Source: Spirochaetes bacterium GWB1_36_13 (GTDB lineage Bacteria > Spirochaetota > GWB1-36-13). From it: a stretch of 49,765 bases of DNA. This document shows, piece after piece, positions 36,898 to 46,825 of the stretch (positions are counted from its first letter, which is position 1; every line of letters begins with the position of its first letter). The notes beneath the pieces are model-generated. The model saw only the letters and a list, made by a program, of their open reading frames with translations, ran no database searches and had not been told where the DNA came from. A program made the position numbers and the translations under genes. The stretch is from positions 1-49,765 of the forward strand of contig MIAO01000144.1 in NCBI GenBank assembly GCA_001829155.1. Reading direction: 5' to 3'.

Positions 36898-38087
36898 TGC
36901 ATATTCTCCATAATTTCCTTGACCTGGATGACATCTTTATCGCCTCTTCCTGAAAGGTTTAAAATGATAAGCTGATTTTTAAATTCTTCGGCATGAGAAA
37001 TCAGATATCCAACGGCATGGCTTGATTCCAAAGCGGGGATAATCCCTTCTTCTTTTGCTAAAGTAGAAAATCCGTTTAATGCTTCCTCATCGGTTGCGTA
37101 AGAATAGGAAGCCCGTTTTATTTCTCTTAAAAAACTGTGTTCAGGTCCTACGCTGGCGTAATCCAATCCCGCCGATACAGAATGAGTGGTAAGCGCCTGT
37201 CCGTTTTCATCTTGCAAAAGATAACTTTTTGTCCCTTGAAAAACACCGACTCTGCCGCCTGCAAATCTTGCCGCATGAAGACCGGATTCAATTCCTTTTC
37301 CCCCTGCTTCAACCCCGATCAGACGCACTTTTTTATCTTTGATAAAAGACGAGAAAATCCCGATTGCGTTGCTTCCTCCGCCCACACACGCAATAACAGC
37401 GTCAGGGAGTCTTTTTTCAGCTTTTTTGATCTGTTTATAAGCCTCAGTTCCGATTACTGACATAAATTCCCTGACCATATAAGGATAAGGATGGGCTCCG
37501 AAAGCGGTTCCTAAAACATAATGAGTGTCTTTGACATGGGTGACCCAGTCGCGAAACGCTTCGTTGATCGCATCTTTTAAAGTCTTGCTTCCGCTGTCAA
37601 TTCCAATCACTTCTGTGCCTAATAACTGCATCCTGAAAACATTGAGAGACTGTCTTCTCATGTCTTCTGTGCCCATATAGACCCGGCATTTAAGACCAAG
37701 GAGAGAAGCTGCGGTAGCGGTGGCAACACCATGCTGACCTGCTCCTGTTTCAGCAATGACACGGGTTTTGCCCATTTTTTTTGCAAGGAGAACCTGTGCC
37801 AGCGCATTATTAATTTTATGGGCGCCGGTATGGCAGAGGTCTTCCCTTTTTAAATAAAGTTTAAACTGAAATTTTTTTGAAAGTTTTTCAGCAAAATAAA
37901 GAGGAGTGGGTCTGCCGACATAGTTTTTAAGATAAGATTTCAATTCATTTTGAAATTTTTTATCTTTCCTCATTTTCACAAATGTTTCTTTCAGTTCTTC
38001 AATGGCCGGCATCAGGGTTTCAGAGACAAAGCAGCCTCCAAAATCCCCGAAATATCCGTTTTGGTCGGGAATATTCTTGTATTTCAC
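36894..38087 (-). CDS. trpB: Tryptophan synthase beta chain
   Basis: [46 protein letters not shown]. Confidence 0.98.
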   Translation of the reverse strand: MKYKNIPDQNGYFGDFGGCFVSETLMPAIEELKETFVKMRKDKKFQNELKSYLKNYVGRPTPLYFAEKLSKKFQFKLYLKREDLCHTGAHKINNALAQVLLAKKMGKTRVIAETGAGQHGVATATAASLLGLKCRVYMGTEDMRRQSLNVFRMQLLGTEVIGIDSGSKTLKDAINEAFRDWVTHVKDTHYVLGTAFGAHPYPYMVREFMSVIGTEAYKQIKKAEKRLPDAVIACVGGGSNAIGIFSSFIKDKKVRLIGVEAGGKGIESGLHAARFAGGRVGVFQGTKSYLLQDENGQALTTHSVSAGLDYASVGPEHSFLREIKRASYSYATDEEALNGFSTLAKEEGIIPALESSHAVGYLISHAEEFKNQLIILNLSGRGDKDVIQVKEIMENMQ

Positions 38088-38105
38088 GAAATCAACCTCT
38101 TTTTT

Positions 38106-38576
38106 TTATGAACGGGCTTCTTTTAAACCGATTTCAAAAGCTTTTAAATTAATATCCAGAATAGAAGGTTTTATCAGCTCTTTTAAACTCTCTGCCCACA
38201 TTTCTTGTTCAATCTGAAAAAGAGACGAGAGTTTTCCCAGACCGAAAATATTGAGAGACCTGGGATTGGGAAGTTTTGCTTTATCTTCGTCTGTCAATTG
38301 GATAATCTTACCATTTTCTTTTAAAAGATGTTTGTATCTTCTTGTCTCGTTTGGATGAAAAGACAGTAAAATATCCGCGCTTTTTAAACGGACAGTGGGG
38401 GAAGCAATTTTATTTTCAGAAAAACGGATATGAGAAATAACAGAACCGCCTCTTTGAGACATTCCGTGAATTTCACTTTTTTTCACATCATATCCTTTTT
38501 TTACCATCACAAGGCTTAAAATATTACTGGCAAGGATCGTTCCCTGCCCTCCGATTCCGGCTATAATCACATCCAT
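38106..38576 (-). CDS. iorB: Indolepyruvate ferredoxin oxidoreductase beta subunit
   Basis: GIGGQGTIL, EIHGMSQRGGSV; start MDVII at 38576 overlaps iorA stop (TAATG) with GGAGG RBS. Confidence 0.9.
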   Translation of the reverse strand: MDVIIAGIGGQGTILASNILSLVMVKKGYDVKKSEIHGMSQRGGSVISHIRFSENKIASPTVRLKSADILLSFHPNETRRYKHLLKENGKIIQLTDEDKAKLPNPRSLNIFGLGKLSSLFQIEQEMWAESLKELIKPSILDINLKAFEIGLKEARS

Positions 38577-40318
38577 TATTTTTCCTCCTTTGAAATTGCT
38601 TGAAACGGACAGACTTGAAAACAAAGTCCGCATCCGTTGCAGGAAAGCGAGTCGATTCTTACTTTTCCGTTTTCCTGTTTGATTAAAGCAGGGCACCCGG
38701 TTTTAAGACAAGCACCGCAGGCTTTACATTTATCCTGATCGACCCGATAGGGTTTGTCAGGAGGGACAATGAGTACGCAGGGCCGGGTGGTAATAATCAC
38801 TGAAAGTTCATCTTCTTTTGCCAAAGAATCTTTCAATGCTTCTTCAATCGCTTTTAAATCATAATTTTCAATGACTTTGACATCTTTAATTCCAATGCCC
38901 CGGCAAAGGCTTTCGATATTGATTTCATTGGCCTTTTCTCCTGAAAGAGTTTTTCCGGTTCCCGGATTGTTCTGTCCGCCGGTCATGGCTGTAATGCGGT
39001 TGTCTAAAATAAGAATTGTGCCGGTTCCCTTATTATAGTATGTAGCAATCAGATTGTTGATTCCTGTATGAAAAAAAGTGGAATCCCCGATGACAGAAAC
39101 GACTTTTTTCGCTTCTTCAGGAGGAAGGACTTTTTTCATTCCGTGCATCATTCCAATCGAAGCGCCCATGCAGATAGTGGTATGGAGGGCGTCTAAAGGA
39201 GGAAGTGTGCCCAGGGTGTAGCATCCGATGTCTCCGTCAACAATGAGTTTGAGTTTATTGGTGATCCAGAAAACAGGGCGGTGAGGGCATCCCGCGCACA
39301 TGACAGGCGGCCGGGGAGGAACCGTGGTATCAATTTCAACCGTAATTTTTTTGCCGGTAATAATCTCAACTATTTTATCGGGATCAAGTTCTCCCTCTAT
39401 CATTGGATCGGGTTTGGATAAAGGATTCAGACCCATTATTTTTAAATTTTCTTCAAAAAAACGGTCGAGTTCTTCAATAACAAAAAGTTTTTTCACTTTT
39501 TGAGAAAACTCTTTGATTTTTGATTCAGGAAGCGGCCAGCTCATCCCCAGCTTGAGAAAGGAAGCGTTGGGAAAAACTTCCTTACAGTATTCATAAGCAA
39601 TGCCTGAAGTGACAATTCCGATTTCAGTGTCTTTATATTCCGCTGAATTAAAAGACAAGGTTTCAGCGTAAGCTTTCAGTTTATTGAATCTTTCTTCCAC
39701 AAAAGTATGTCTTTTTTTCGCATAAGCTGGAATCATGACGAATTTTTGATTATTTTTATCAAAACTGAGAGAAACAGGCGATTGTTTTCTTTCCTCAAGA
39801 GTGACCAAACTTTCTCCGTGAGAGACTCTTGTGGTGGTTCTTAAGATGACAGGCGTATCAAACTGTTCGCTGATCTCAAAGGCGAGTTTGGTCATTTTTC
39901 TGGCTTCATCAGAATCGGAAGGCTCTAAAACGGGAAGTTTGCCAAACCGCCCGAAATGTCTCGTATCCTGTTCATTTTGAGAACTGTGCATAGCAGGGTC
40001 GTCTGCAACCACAATGACCAGTCCGCCCTTCACTCCTGTATAGGTCAGGGTCATTAAAGGGTCTGCCGCCACATTGAGTCCGACATGTTTCATCGTAACC
40101 AGAGTTCTGGCTCCTGCGAAACTGGCGCCGATTCCGGCTTCTAAAGCTGTTTTTTCATTGGATGACCATTCACTGTAAATTTCTTTGTAGAAACGGATAT
40201 TTTCAAGAATTTCTGTACTGGGTGTGCCGGGATAGGCTGAAGCAAAAATAACTCCTGCTTCATAAGCTCCTCTGGCTATTGCTTGATTGCCGGAAAGCAG
40301 TTTTTTTTCAATTTTCAA
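38576..40318 (-). CDS. iorA: Indolepyruvate ferredoxin oxidoreductase alpha subunit
   Basis: YPGTPSTEI, MKHVGLNVAAD, SSQNEQD, CAGCPHR, GDIGCY, GDSTF, two C-terminal 4Fe-4S motifs. Confidence 0.95.
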   Translation of the reverse strand: MKIEKKLLSGNQAIARGAYEAGVIFASAYPGTPSTEILENIRFYKEIYSEWSSNEKTALEAGIGASFAGARTLVTMKHVGLNVAADPLMTLTYTGVKGGLVIVVADDPAMHSSQNEQDTRHFGRFGKLPVLEPSDSDEARKMTKLAFEISEQFDTPVILRTTTRVSHGESLVTLEERKQSPVSLSFDKNNQKFVMIPAYAKKRHTFVEERFNKLKAYAETLSFNSAEYKDTEIGIVTSGIAYEYCKEVFPNASFLKLGMSWPLPESKIKEFSQKVKKLFVIEELDRFFEENLKIMGLNPLSKPDPMIEGELDPDKIVEIITGKKITVEIDTTVPPRPPVMCAGCPHRPVFWITNKLKLIVDGDIGCYTLGTLPPLDALHTTICMGASIGMMHGMKKVLPPEEAKKVVSVIGDSTFFHTGINNLIATYYNKGTGTILILDNRITAMTGGQNNPGTGKTLSGEKANEINIESLCRGIGIKDVKVIENYDLKAIEEALKDSLAKEDELSVIITTRPCVLIVPPDKPYRVDQDKCKACGACLKTGCPALIKQENGKVRIDSLSCNGCGLCFQVCPFQAISKEEK

Positions 40319-40494
40319 AATTCCCCCTCATCCTTAAGGATTATTTACAAAATCATTTGATTTTTTTTAATTTTATACAAGAAAATATATAAAAAAGTAG
40401 GGTTTAATTAAAATTTAAATTCGATAAAAAAACTGCTTGGGTAAAACAAATCTTTCGATTTAAAACTAAGATAGGATGAAGGCAGGTTAAAAAC

Positions 40495-40525
40495 AAAAAA
40501 GCTTCGGAACTAAATCCGAAGCTTT
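40495..40525 (-). terminator. Intrinsic terminator
   Basis: aaagcttcgga/tccgaagcttt stem with T-run on minus strand, 34 bp after stop of 40559-41149. Confidence 0.75.
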
Positions 40526-40558
40526 AAAATCTATAAAATGATTGAATTGAAAATGAGA

Positions 40559-41149
40559 TTATTCAAAAACTGAATCGTTGATCTTAATTGCTTTTTCAGC
40601 GCTGACTTTGTCGCGGAGTTTTGCGAGAAGCATCATGGCTTTTTGCTGTTTCAGTTTTTCTTCAATAATTTCAGAAGCTTTTGCGGCTGAAATATCTTTA
40701 AATTTATCTTTATACTGATTGTAAACCGATTCAATTTCTTCATCTTTAATTTTTCCGACTTTAGGCATCAGCACAGTGTCCACATATTTTTTCAGGTAAA
40801 TCTGTTCCTGAACATAAGACTGAATCTTCAAAGAAATTCCTGAGAGCCATTTTTCATCCACAAATTTCTTGCTCTTATTCTCTTCTTTGATTCTTTCTAC
40901 TAAAAGCTGGTTGGCAATATATCCGCCTAAAAATTCAGACTGGTGTTGTTTGCTTTTTCGCATCGGAGTGGTATCGATTTGATAATTACTCATAATTTCC
41001 ATCACATCGAGATAATCATTGTAAAGGGTATTGAATTCTTTTTTTGAAATGACCTTATCGTCAACCTTTGCGACCCAGTCGCCGGTCTGTGCATAAAGGA
41101 CACTGGTAAAAAGAAAAATAAAAAAGAATTTTTTCATTTTTTTCTCCAT
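40559..41149 (-). CDS. Exported SurA-N/foldase-like helical protein
   Basis: Signal peptide, WVAKVDDKVISKKEF, DEEIESVYNQYKDKF, IKINDS; no parvulin catalytic domain evident. Confidence 0.65.
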   Translation of the reverse strand: MEKKMKKFFFIFLFTSVLYAQTGDWVAKVDDKVISKKEFNTLYNDYLDVMEIMSNYQIDTTPMRKSKQHQSEFLGGYIANQLLVERIKEENKSKKFVDEKWLSGISLKIQSYVQEQIYLKKYVDTVLMPKVGKIKDEEIESVYNQYKDKFKDISAAKASEIIEEKLKQQKAMMLLAKLRDKVSAEKAIKINDSVFE

Positions 41150-41328
41150 TGAATGTAAAGTTTTTTTGAGTTTTTAGAAAAACTCAATATTTAGATAAAT
41201 AATATAACCCAATTTAAAAAACTTTCAAAGTTAATTTCTCAACTCAGAAATGAAAAAAATAAAAAAACGCTTTCTATCATGCTTATTTTTATTGTACTTA
41301 TCTTAAAAAATATTTTTCAGGGAAGCGG

Positions 41329-42798
41329 ATGTTTTTTTTTACCAAGAATACGATTTTATCAGCAGGACAGTGTTTGGAAAAGATGCATTATGACCATTTT
41401 TTCCCTCATTTAAAAAAAGATTATTTGGGGAAAAACACTTTTTATGATGAAAAAAAAGAAGTAAAAAAACTCATTCTTTCTTTTTTGGGAAAAGGTCTCT
41501 GGATTAAAGGAGAGACGGTTGAAGAAAGAGTGGAAGAGAGTAAAAAAGCTGTTTTAAAAAAAAGAAAAGCAATTTTTAATCCTGTTTTTGTTTTTGATGA
41601 TATTCTGATAGAAATCGATGCTTTAATCTGGTCTGAAAAAGGCTATGACATTTATGATATTAAAAGCGCTTCGTCCCTGAAAACTATTTTTTTTGACGCT
41701 CTTGCCCTTCAGCTTTTCGTTTTAAATAGATTGGATATTCCGACAGAAAAGGTCATTCTCTGTACTATTCATCAAAATTATACTTTTCATCAAAAGCTGG
41801 AGCCTGAAAAGCTGATTGAAAAAAGGGAAGTGAGAGAGAGTGTTTTGGAAAGAATCCCGAAAATAACTGAAAAAATCGAAACCGCAAAAAAAGCATTAGA
41901 AAATAAAACAATGTCATTTGAGAAAGAAATAGGAAAGCGCTGTTATTTTCCGGAATGCGGATATTTAGAAGACTGCTGGAAAAAAAAACAAGTGCCTTAT
42001 CCTTCTATTTTCAATCTTTCCAGAATGGATAAAGTCAGTAAGTTTGAGCTTTATTCCCAGGGAATTAAAAATTTGAAAGACATTCCCGAGGAGATTGTTC
42101 AAAAGCTTGAAAAAAAACAGAAAATACAGATTGAAGCGGATAGGACGGGAAAGCCTTTTATCGATTCTGAAAAAATAAAAGAATTTCTTGATACAATTAC
42201 TTACCCGCTTTATTTTCTGGATTTTGAGACTGTGCAGCATCCTGTCCCAAGGTTTGAAGGAGTAAAGCCCAATAAACACATTCCATTCCAATTTTCTCTC
42301 CATTATCTTGAAAGTGAAACTTCAAAGTTAAAACACTTTGAGTTTTTAGCGGATGAAAAAAAAGATCCACGATCCTTTGTGGCTGAAAAGATTGTTGAAT
42401 GGATCAATCCGAATCACTGTATTTTATCCTATAACAGCGGGTTTGAAAAAGCAGTGATCAGAAAATTGGCAGAGTTTTGCCCTCAAAAAAGCGAAACACT
42501 TCTTCAAATCGCGCAAAATATAAAAGATCTGATGCAGCCTTTTAAAAATTTTTCCTATTATCAAAAGGAAATGAACGGTCGTTATTCGATTAAGTCGGTT
42601 TTATCCGCGCTGATTCCAGAAGAATCTTATTCGAAATTAAATATAAAAAACGGCGGGGAAGCTACTTTTGTTTATAAAAGTTTGGAATATATTCAAGATG
42701 AAAAAATAAAAATGGAAAAGAAAAAAGATTTATTAGATTACTGCCGATTGGATACTTATGCTATGGTTTTAATTTTAAATTATCTTAAAAAAATTTAG
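41329..42798 (+). CDS. DUF2779-containing predicted nuclease (RecB/Cas4-like N-terminus + RNase H-like C-terminus)
   Basis: IDAL...IYDIKS, C...C.Y...CW, YFLDFET, IPFQFSLH, YSIKSVL, YCRLDT. Confidence 0.8.
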   Translation: MFFFTKNTILSAGQCLEKMHYDHFFPHLKKDYLGKNTFYDEKKEVKKLILSFLGKGLWIKGETVEERVEESKKAVLKKRKAIFNPVFVFDDILIEIDALIWSEKGYDIYDIKSASSLKTIFFDALALQLFVLNRLDIPTEKVILCTIHQNYTFHQKLEPEKLIEKREVRESVLERIPKITEKIETAKKALENKTMSFEKEIGKRCYFPECGYLEDCWKKKQVPYPSIFNLSRMDKVSKFELYSQGIKNLKDIPEEIVQKLEKKQKIQIEADRTGKPFIDSEKIKEFLDTITYPLYFLDFETVQHPVPRFEGVKPNKHIPFQFSLHYLESETSKLKHFEFLADEKKDPRSFVAEKIVEWINPNHCILSYNSGFEKAVIRKLAEFCPQKSETLLQIAQNIKDLMQPFKNFSYYQKEMNGRYSIKSVLSALIPEESYSKLNIKNGGEATFVYKSLEYIQDEKIKMEKKKDLLDYCRLDTYAMVLILNYLKKI

Positions 42799-42862
42799 AA
42801 ATGGGAAGATAAAAGATTATTATATTATACTGTTGGTTCAATGTGAATTTTGAGGAGGCAGT

Positions 42863-43768
42863 ATGAAAAAAATTTCTTTCTTTTTATTTGTGATTATTTT
42901 TCTTTTCGGCAGTTTTTATCTTTATGGGAAAAAATCAAAAAAAATTACTCCGGATGTGACTCAGTCTCTCCAGTCGAAACAATTTGTTTTGGATCTGACT
43001 GAATCAGTCCAATCAGCAGAAAATATTGAAACAGAAGCTGAATATAAGGCGATTGCGCCTATGGAAAAAGAGCCTGATCTTCTTGTTTTCAAGATGACCA
43101 TTACGCCCCCCAATCCCACTGCAAAACCTCCTATGGATAAGAAAAAAAATGTTGAGAATGAAGATAATTCAGAGGATGAACAGGAAATAGACAATTTTTC
43201 TGCCGGAAAGATGAGTCAGAAAATAAGGCAGAAAATAGCGGATAAGGCAGCCCAATGGTATAAGCAGAATGTGAAAACGGCTGACATCAACGGAAAAAAA
43301 GTCAATATTTATAATGATTGTTCCAATTTTACCAGAGCGGTTTACTGGGCTGTCGTGAAAAAAGATTTATTTTATGAATCCCAGGCAAGCGGGGCTGCAA
43401 GTTCGGATAATACGGATATGAGCTCAGGGGTCGCGATTCTTTATCAATATTTTAAGAAAAAGCAGAGATTTTCTTCGAAAAAGGCAAAAGAAGGAGACAT
43501 TATCTTTTTTGATAACACCTATGACCGCAATAAAAATCAAAGGATAGACGATCCCAACACCCATGTGGCTATTGTAACAAAAGTAGGGGATGACGGAACT
43601 GTTTATTTTATCCATGGAAACAGCGGCGGGCAGATTAAAGAAGGCAAATTAAACCTTTCGGAGCCCAAAAATAATAAGAAAAATATTTATCTCAAACGAA
43701 AATACACATGGGATAAAGAGGGAAAAATCATGTCGGGGGAACTGACCAAGGGCTTTGGAGGTTTTTAA
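42863..43768 (+). CDS. NlpC/P60-type cysteine peptidase, exported (paralog 1)
   Basis: DCSNF, GDIIFFDNTYD, THVAIV, FIHG (Cys-His-His). Confidence 0.82.
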   Translation: MKKISFFLFVIIFLFGSFYLYGKKSKKITPDVTQSLQSKQFVLDLTESVQSAENIETEAEYKAIAPMEKEPDLLVFKMTITPPNPTAKPPMDKKKNVENEDNSEDEQEIDNFSAGKMSQKIRQKIADKAAQWYKQNVKTADINGKKVNIYNDCSNFTRAVYWAVVKKDLFYESQASGAASSDNTDMSSGVAILYQYFKKKQRFSSKKAKEGDIIFFDNTYDRNKNQRIDDPNTHVAIVTKVGDDGTVYFIHGNSGGQIKEGKLNLSEPKNNKKNIYLKRKYTWDKEGKIMSGELTKGFGGF

Positions 43769-43846
43769 AAAAAAATAATTAATTATTTATCAGGATAAAA
43801 TAGATAATAGGATAAAGAAAATAAAAAGAAATGATTCGGAGGCAGT

Positions 43847-44749
43847 ATGAAAAAAATACTTATTTTGCTTTTTTTATCAGCGTTTCTATCTGATAATTTG
43901 GCTCTTTATGCGAAAAAAAAAGCAAAGGAAGAAGAATATGTTCTGGATTTAACAGAATCGGTTCAATCAGCTGAGAGTATCGAAGATGAAGCAGAATATA
44001 AAGCAATCGCTCCCATGGATAAAGAACCCGAGCTTCAGGTTTTCAAAATCAGGGTTTCTCCTCCTCAGCCTCATGTTAAGCCTCCGCGGGATAAAAAAAT
44101 AGATGAGAAGAAAACTGAGGAAGAAAAAAAGAAAGAGAAAGAAGAAGAGGAAGAAGAAAAAAAAGAAATTGATGATATAAAAAAAGGAAACTTAAGCGAT
44201 AAAACCAGAGAAAAACTGGCTGCTACAGCGATTAAATGGTATAAGCAGAATGTGAAAACAGCGGATATCAACGGCCGGAAAGTGACGATTTACAATGACT
44301 GTTCCAATTTTATCCGCGCTGTTTATTGGTCTGTCATCAAAAGAGACCTTTTTTATGATGCGCAGGCAACCGGAGGCGTGAATCGTAATAATACGGATTT
44401 AACTTCAGGAGTGAGAATTCTTCACTCTTACTGCAATAAAAAACTGCGTTTCAGTAAAGCAAAGGCAAAAGTCGGGGATATGATCTTTTTTAGTAATACT
44501 TATGACCGGAATAGAAATAAGAAGACCGATGATCCGAATGTCCATATTGCGATTGTGACCAGTCTTGGTTCAGATGGAACGGTTTATTTTATCCATGCCA
44601 ATGCGGGTGGACAAATCAAAGAAGGTAAATTGAATTTAAAAGAACCTTCCAATAATAAAAAAAATATTTATCTCAAACGAAAGTACAGCTGGGAGAAAGT
44701 AAAACGAGTGATGTCGGGTGAATTAACCAGCGGTTTCGGCGGTTTCTAA
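43847..44749 (+). CDS. NlpC/P60-type cysteine peptidase, exported (paralog 2)
   Basis: DCSNF, GDMIFFSNTYD, VHIAIV, FIHA; colinear with paralog 1. Confidence 0.82.
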   Translation: MKKILILLFLSAFLSDNLALYAKKKAKEEEYVLDLTESVQSAESIEDEAEYKAIAPMDKEPELQVFKIRVSPPQPHVKPPRDKKIDEKKTEEEKKKEKEEEEEEKKEIDDIKKGNLSDKTREKLAATAIKWYKQNVKTADINGRKVTIYNDCSNFIRAVYWSVIKRDLFYDAQATGGVNRNNTDLTSGVRILHSYCNKKLRFSKAKAKVGDMIFFSNTYDRNRNKKTDDPNVHIAIVTSLGSDGTVYFIHANAGGQIKEGKLNLKEPSNNKKNIYLKRKYSWEKVKRVMSGELTSGFGGF

Positions 44750-44764
44750 CATTGCTTTCTTTTA

Positions 44765-44815
44765 AAGAGCTGAGCTTGTTGAAATAGATTATTTGAACAA
44801 GCTCAGCTTCTTTTT
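44765..44815. terminator. Bidirectional intrinsic terminator
   Basis: agctgagcttgtt/aacaagctcagct stem with T-run, between convergent genes. Confidence 0.75.
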
Positions 44816-46051
44816 TTAATATTCAAAAATAAATTTTACTCCAAAATAATGAACTTTGTAATTGTAGCCTGAGTTTAAATCAAGGTTATTGGATTCAGTT
44901 GTTTTAAAAACATATTCTGGAATCAGGGTAAAGTTTTCATATCTTTTATAAATCCATCCCAGACCGATTGAAAAAGCTTTGTGATACTGGTTGCTCCCTG
45001 TGTTAAAGCTTCCGTCGGCATTTTTAGGCGATTTAGACAGATAGTTTTTATATTCGTAGCCTGGCGAGAGAATAAGAGTTGATTTTTGAGATGCGAAAAA
45101 ATGAAGCGTAAGAGAAACCTGATGTTCAGTGAAGCTGGAAAAGTCTTTATGAAAGCTGTAGGCAAGCGGGCTGAAAGACTGAACAAAAAGGTAGTTGTAA
45201 TTTGAGCGGAAGGCTGTAAGATTGTAGGCAGCGCGGATCAAAAGTTCCGGCAAGGCAAAATAACCTGCCTCAAATTGAAAATTATGAATTGAATCTTTTA
45301 GTTTTTGGTTGTTTGCCGGATCTAAATCTTCATCATCGGTTTTCATTTTTGTATAGTCTCTGTATCCGAAATAATAACTCAAATCAATAAAAAAAGTTTT
45401 GACCGGAGTGAAAACTTCCCTCAATTGAACTGTGTAATAAAGAAAATTCTGGTTTAAAGAGTCTTCATCCAGCTGGGTGCTGGCGCTCCCCAGAAGATAA
45501 ACCGCTTCATTGATCAGGTCGTTGTAATTCGGGAACCAGTAATAGTGAAGTTCACCACTGAGAGAAGTTTTACTTTCTTTGAAAGGGGTGAAAAGAAAAT
45601 TGAAGCCCCCGCCGGTCTTGCCGAAATTGTAAAGCCCTTCCGACCATTTTTCCGTTTTACCAGTACGGTAGAATTCATAAAAAAAGTCTCCCTTGACAGA
45701 CATTTGCAATTCTGGAAGCAGATTGTAATAAAACTTTGCCATTCCTGAATGATCAATGCTTCTGGAAGAAAAACTTTCTTGAGAGGTTCCTTTGACTCCT
45801 GGTCCTGTGTAGCCCAGTTCATAGAGAATCATCAGGCTTGCGTCCTGATTAAAATTGCTTTTATAGGCGATATCTGTTTTTAAACTGTTGGTTGCGTCCC
45901 AATTGAGTTTCTGCTGATTTTCAAGGTCGATAAAGAGCATGGCTTCGGAAACATCAATTTTAAAAAAAAGCATATCTTCAGCAAAAAGAGGAAGGGTCAG
46001 CAGAAAAAAAAGAGAAAAAAAGAAAGTCTGAATCAATTTATTGATCTTCAT
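44816..46051 (-). CDS. Putative outer-membrane beta-barrel protein
   Basis: Signal peptide, alternating aromatic beta strands, terminal FGVKFIFEY. Confidence 0.7.
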   Translation of the reverse strand: MKINKLIQTFFFSLFFLLTLPLFAEDMLFFKIDVSEAMLFIDLENQQKLNWDATNSLKTDIAYKSNFNQDASLMILYELGYTGPGVKGTSQESFSSRSIDHSGMAKFYYNLLPELQMSVKGDFFYEFYRTGKTEKWSEGLYNFGKTGGGFNFLFTPFKESKTSLSGELHYYWFPNYNDLINEAVYLLGSASTQLDEDSLNQNFLYYTVQLREVFTPVKTFFIDLSYYFGYRDYTKMKTDDEDLDPANNQKLKDSIHNFQFEAGYFALPELLIRAAYNLTAFRSNYNYLFVQSFSPLAYSFHKDFSSFTEHQVSLTLHFFASQKSTLILSPGYEYKNYLSKSPKNADGSFNTGSNQYHKAFSIGLGWIYKRYENFTLIPEYVFKTTESNNLDLNSGYNYKVHYFGVKFIFEY

Positions 46052-46063
46052 TATTATTACCCT

Positions 46064-46813
46064 TTATATATCAAATTTATAAGTAAAATTAACCATAGGA
46101 TGAAGAATAATCACCGAATCCGGATATAATCCAAGCCCCAGTTCCCAGTATTCCCATCCTGCGATGATTTTAGCGTAGAGTCTTTGCTCAATAAATTGAT
46201 ATCCAAGTTGAACGGCAAGATAAGAATTGGCTTCCGGCAGAATTCCCATTCCGATATAGCAGCCGGGGATGATATATGTTTTATTTTGGTAGGAAGAGTT
46301 TTCAATCAGATTTTTCAGACTCTGGCTCGAAATTTCTTCTCTGACCACATCCCTGAAATCAAATCCGATATGACCGACTGATAACTTTGCTCCGGCAAAA
46401 AGACTGAGTTCTTCATTGACCGATTTTCTGACTGTAAGAGAAGGGGAAAAACCGTAAATATTGATATCTTTGGCTTTTTTTAAAGCGGGAATCTGCGTGA
46501 GGAGTTTTAAGCCCCAGAAATACCAGCCGTTGATTGAGGCGGTGATTTGAGGAAAAGCCAAGTCTTCGCTTAATACCTCGGATTTAAAACTCAAGTTTCC
46601 AATTCCGAAGAGCTGGAAAAGCGCATTGGTTTGGATCGAAGAGTTTTGCTCCCAGGCTGGGAAATTGTCTTCAGTATCATACTGGATATCCATAAAAAAC
46701 ATTTTCGGATTCTGGACAAAGTCGGCAAGAGTCTGATAAAGATCCCCTTCGAGATCCGCGTAAACGGGGGAGATAAAAAGAATACTGAATATTAAAACAA
46801 TAATTTTTTTCAT
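46064..46813 (-). CDS. Exported protein, possible beta-barrel
   Basis: Signal peptide (VYA), aromatic-rich strands, ends VNFTYKFDI. Confidence 0.6.
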   Translation of the reverse strand: MKKIIVLIFSILFISPVYADLEGDLYQTLADFVQNPKMFFMDIQYDTEDNFPAWEQNSSIQTNALFQLFGIGNLSFKSEVLSEDLAFPQITASINGWYFWGLKLLTQIPALKKAKDINIYGFSPSLTVRKSVNEELSLFAGAKLSVGHIGFDFRDVVREEISSQSLKNLIENSSYQNKTYIIPGCYIGMGILPEANSYLAVQLGYQFIEQRLYAKIIAGWEYWELGLGLYPDSVIILHPMVNFTYKFDI

Positions 46814-46825
46814 ATAACTTATCCC

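Noticed and set aside
38577-38696. Longer start for iorB
   Set aside because: Overlaps the iorA ferredoxin domain; true start has GGAGG RBS and TAATG coupling.
41329-42798. CRISPR-associated Cas4
   Set aside because: Stand-alone DUF2779-type architecture with no cas genes or array nearby.
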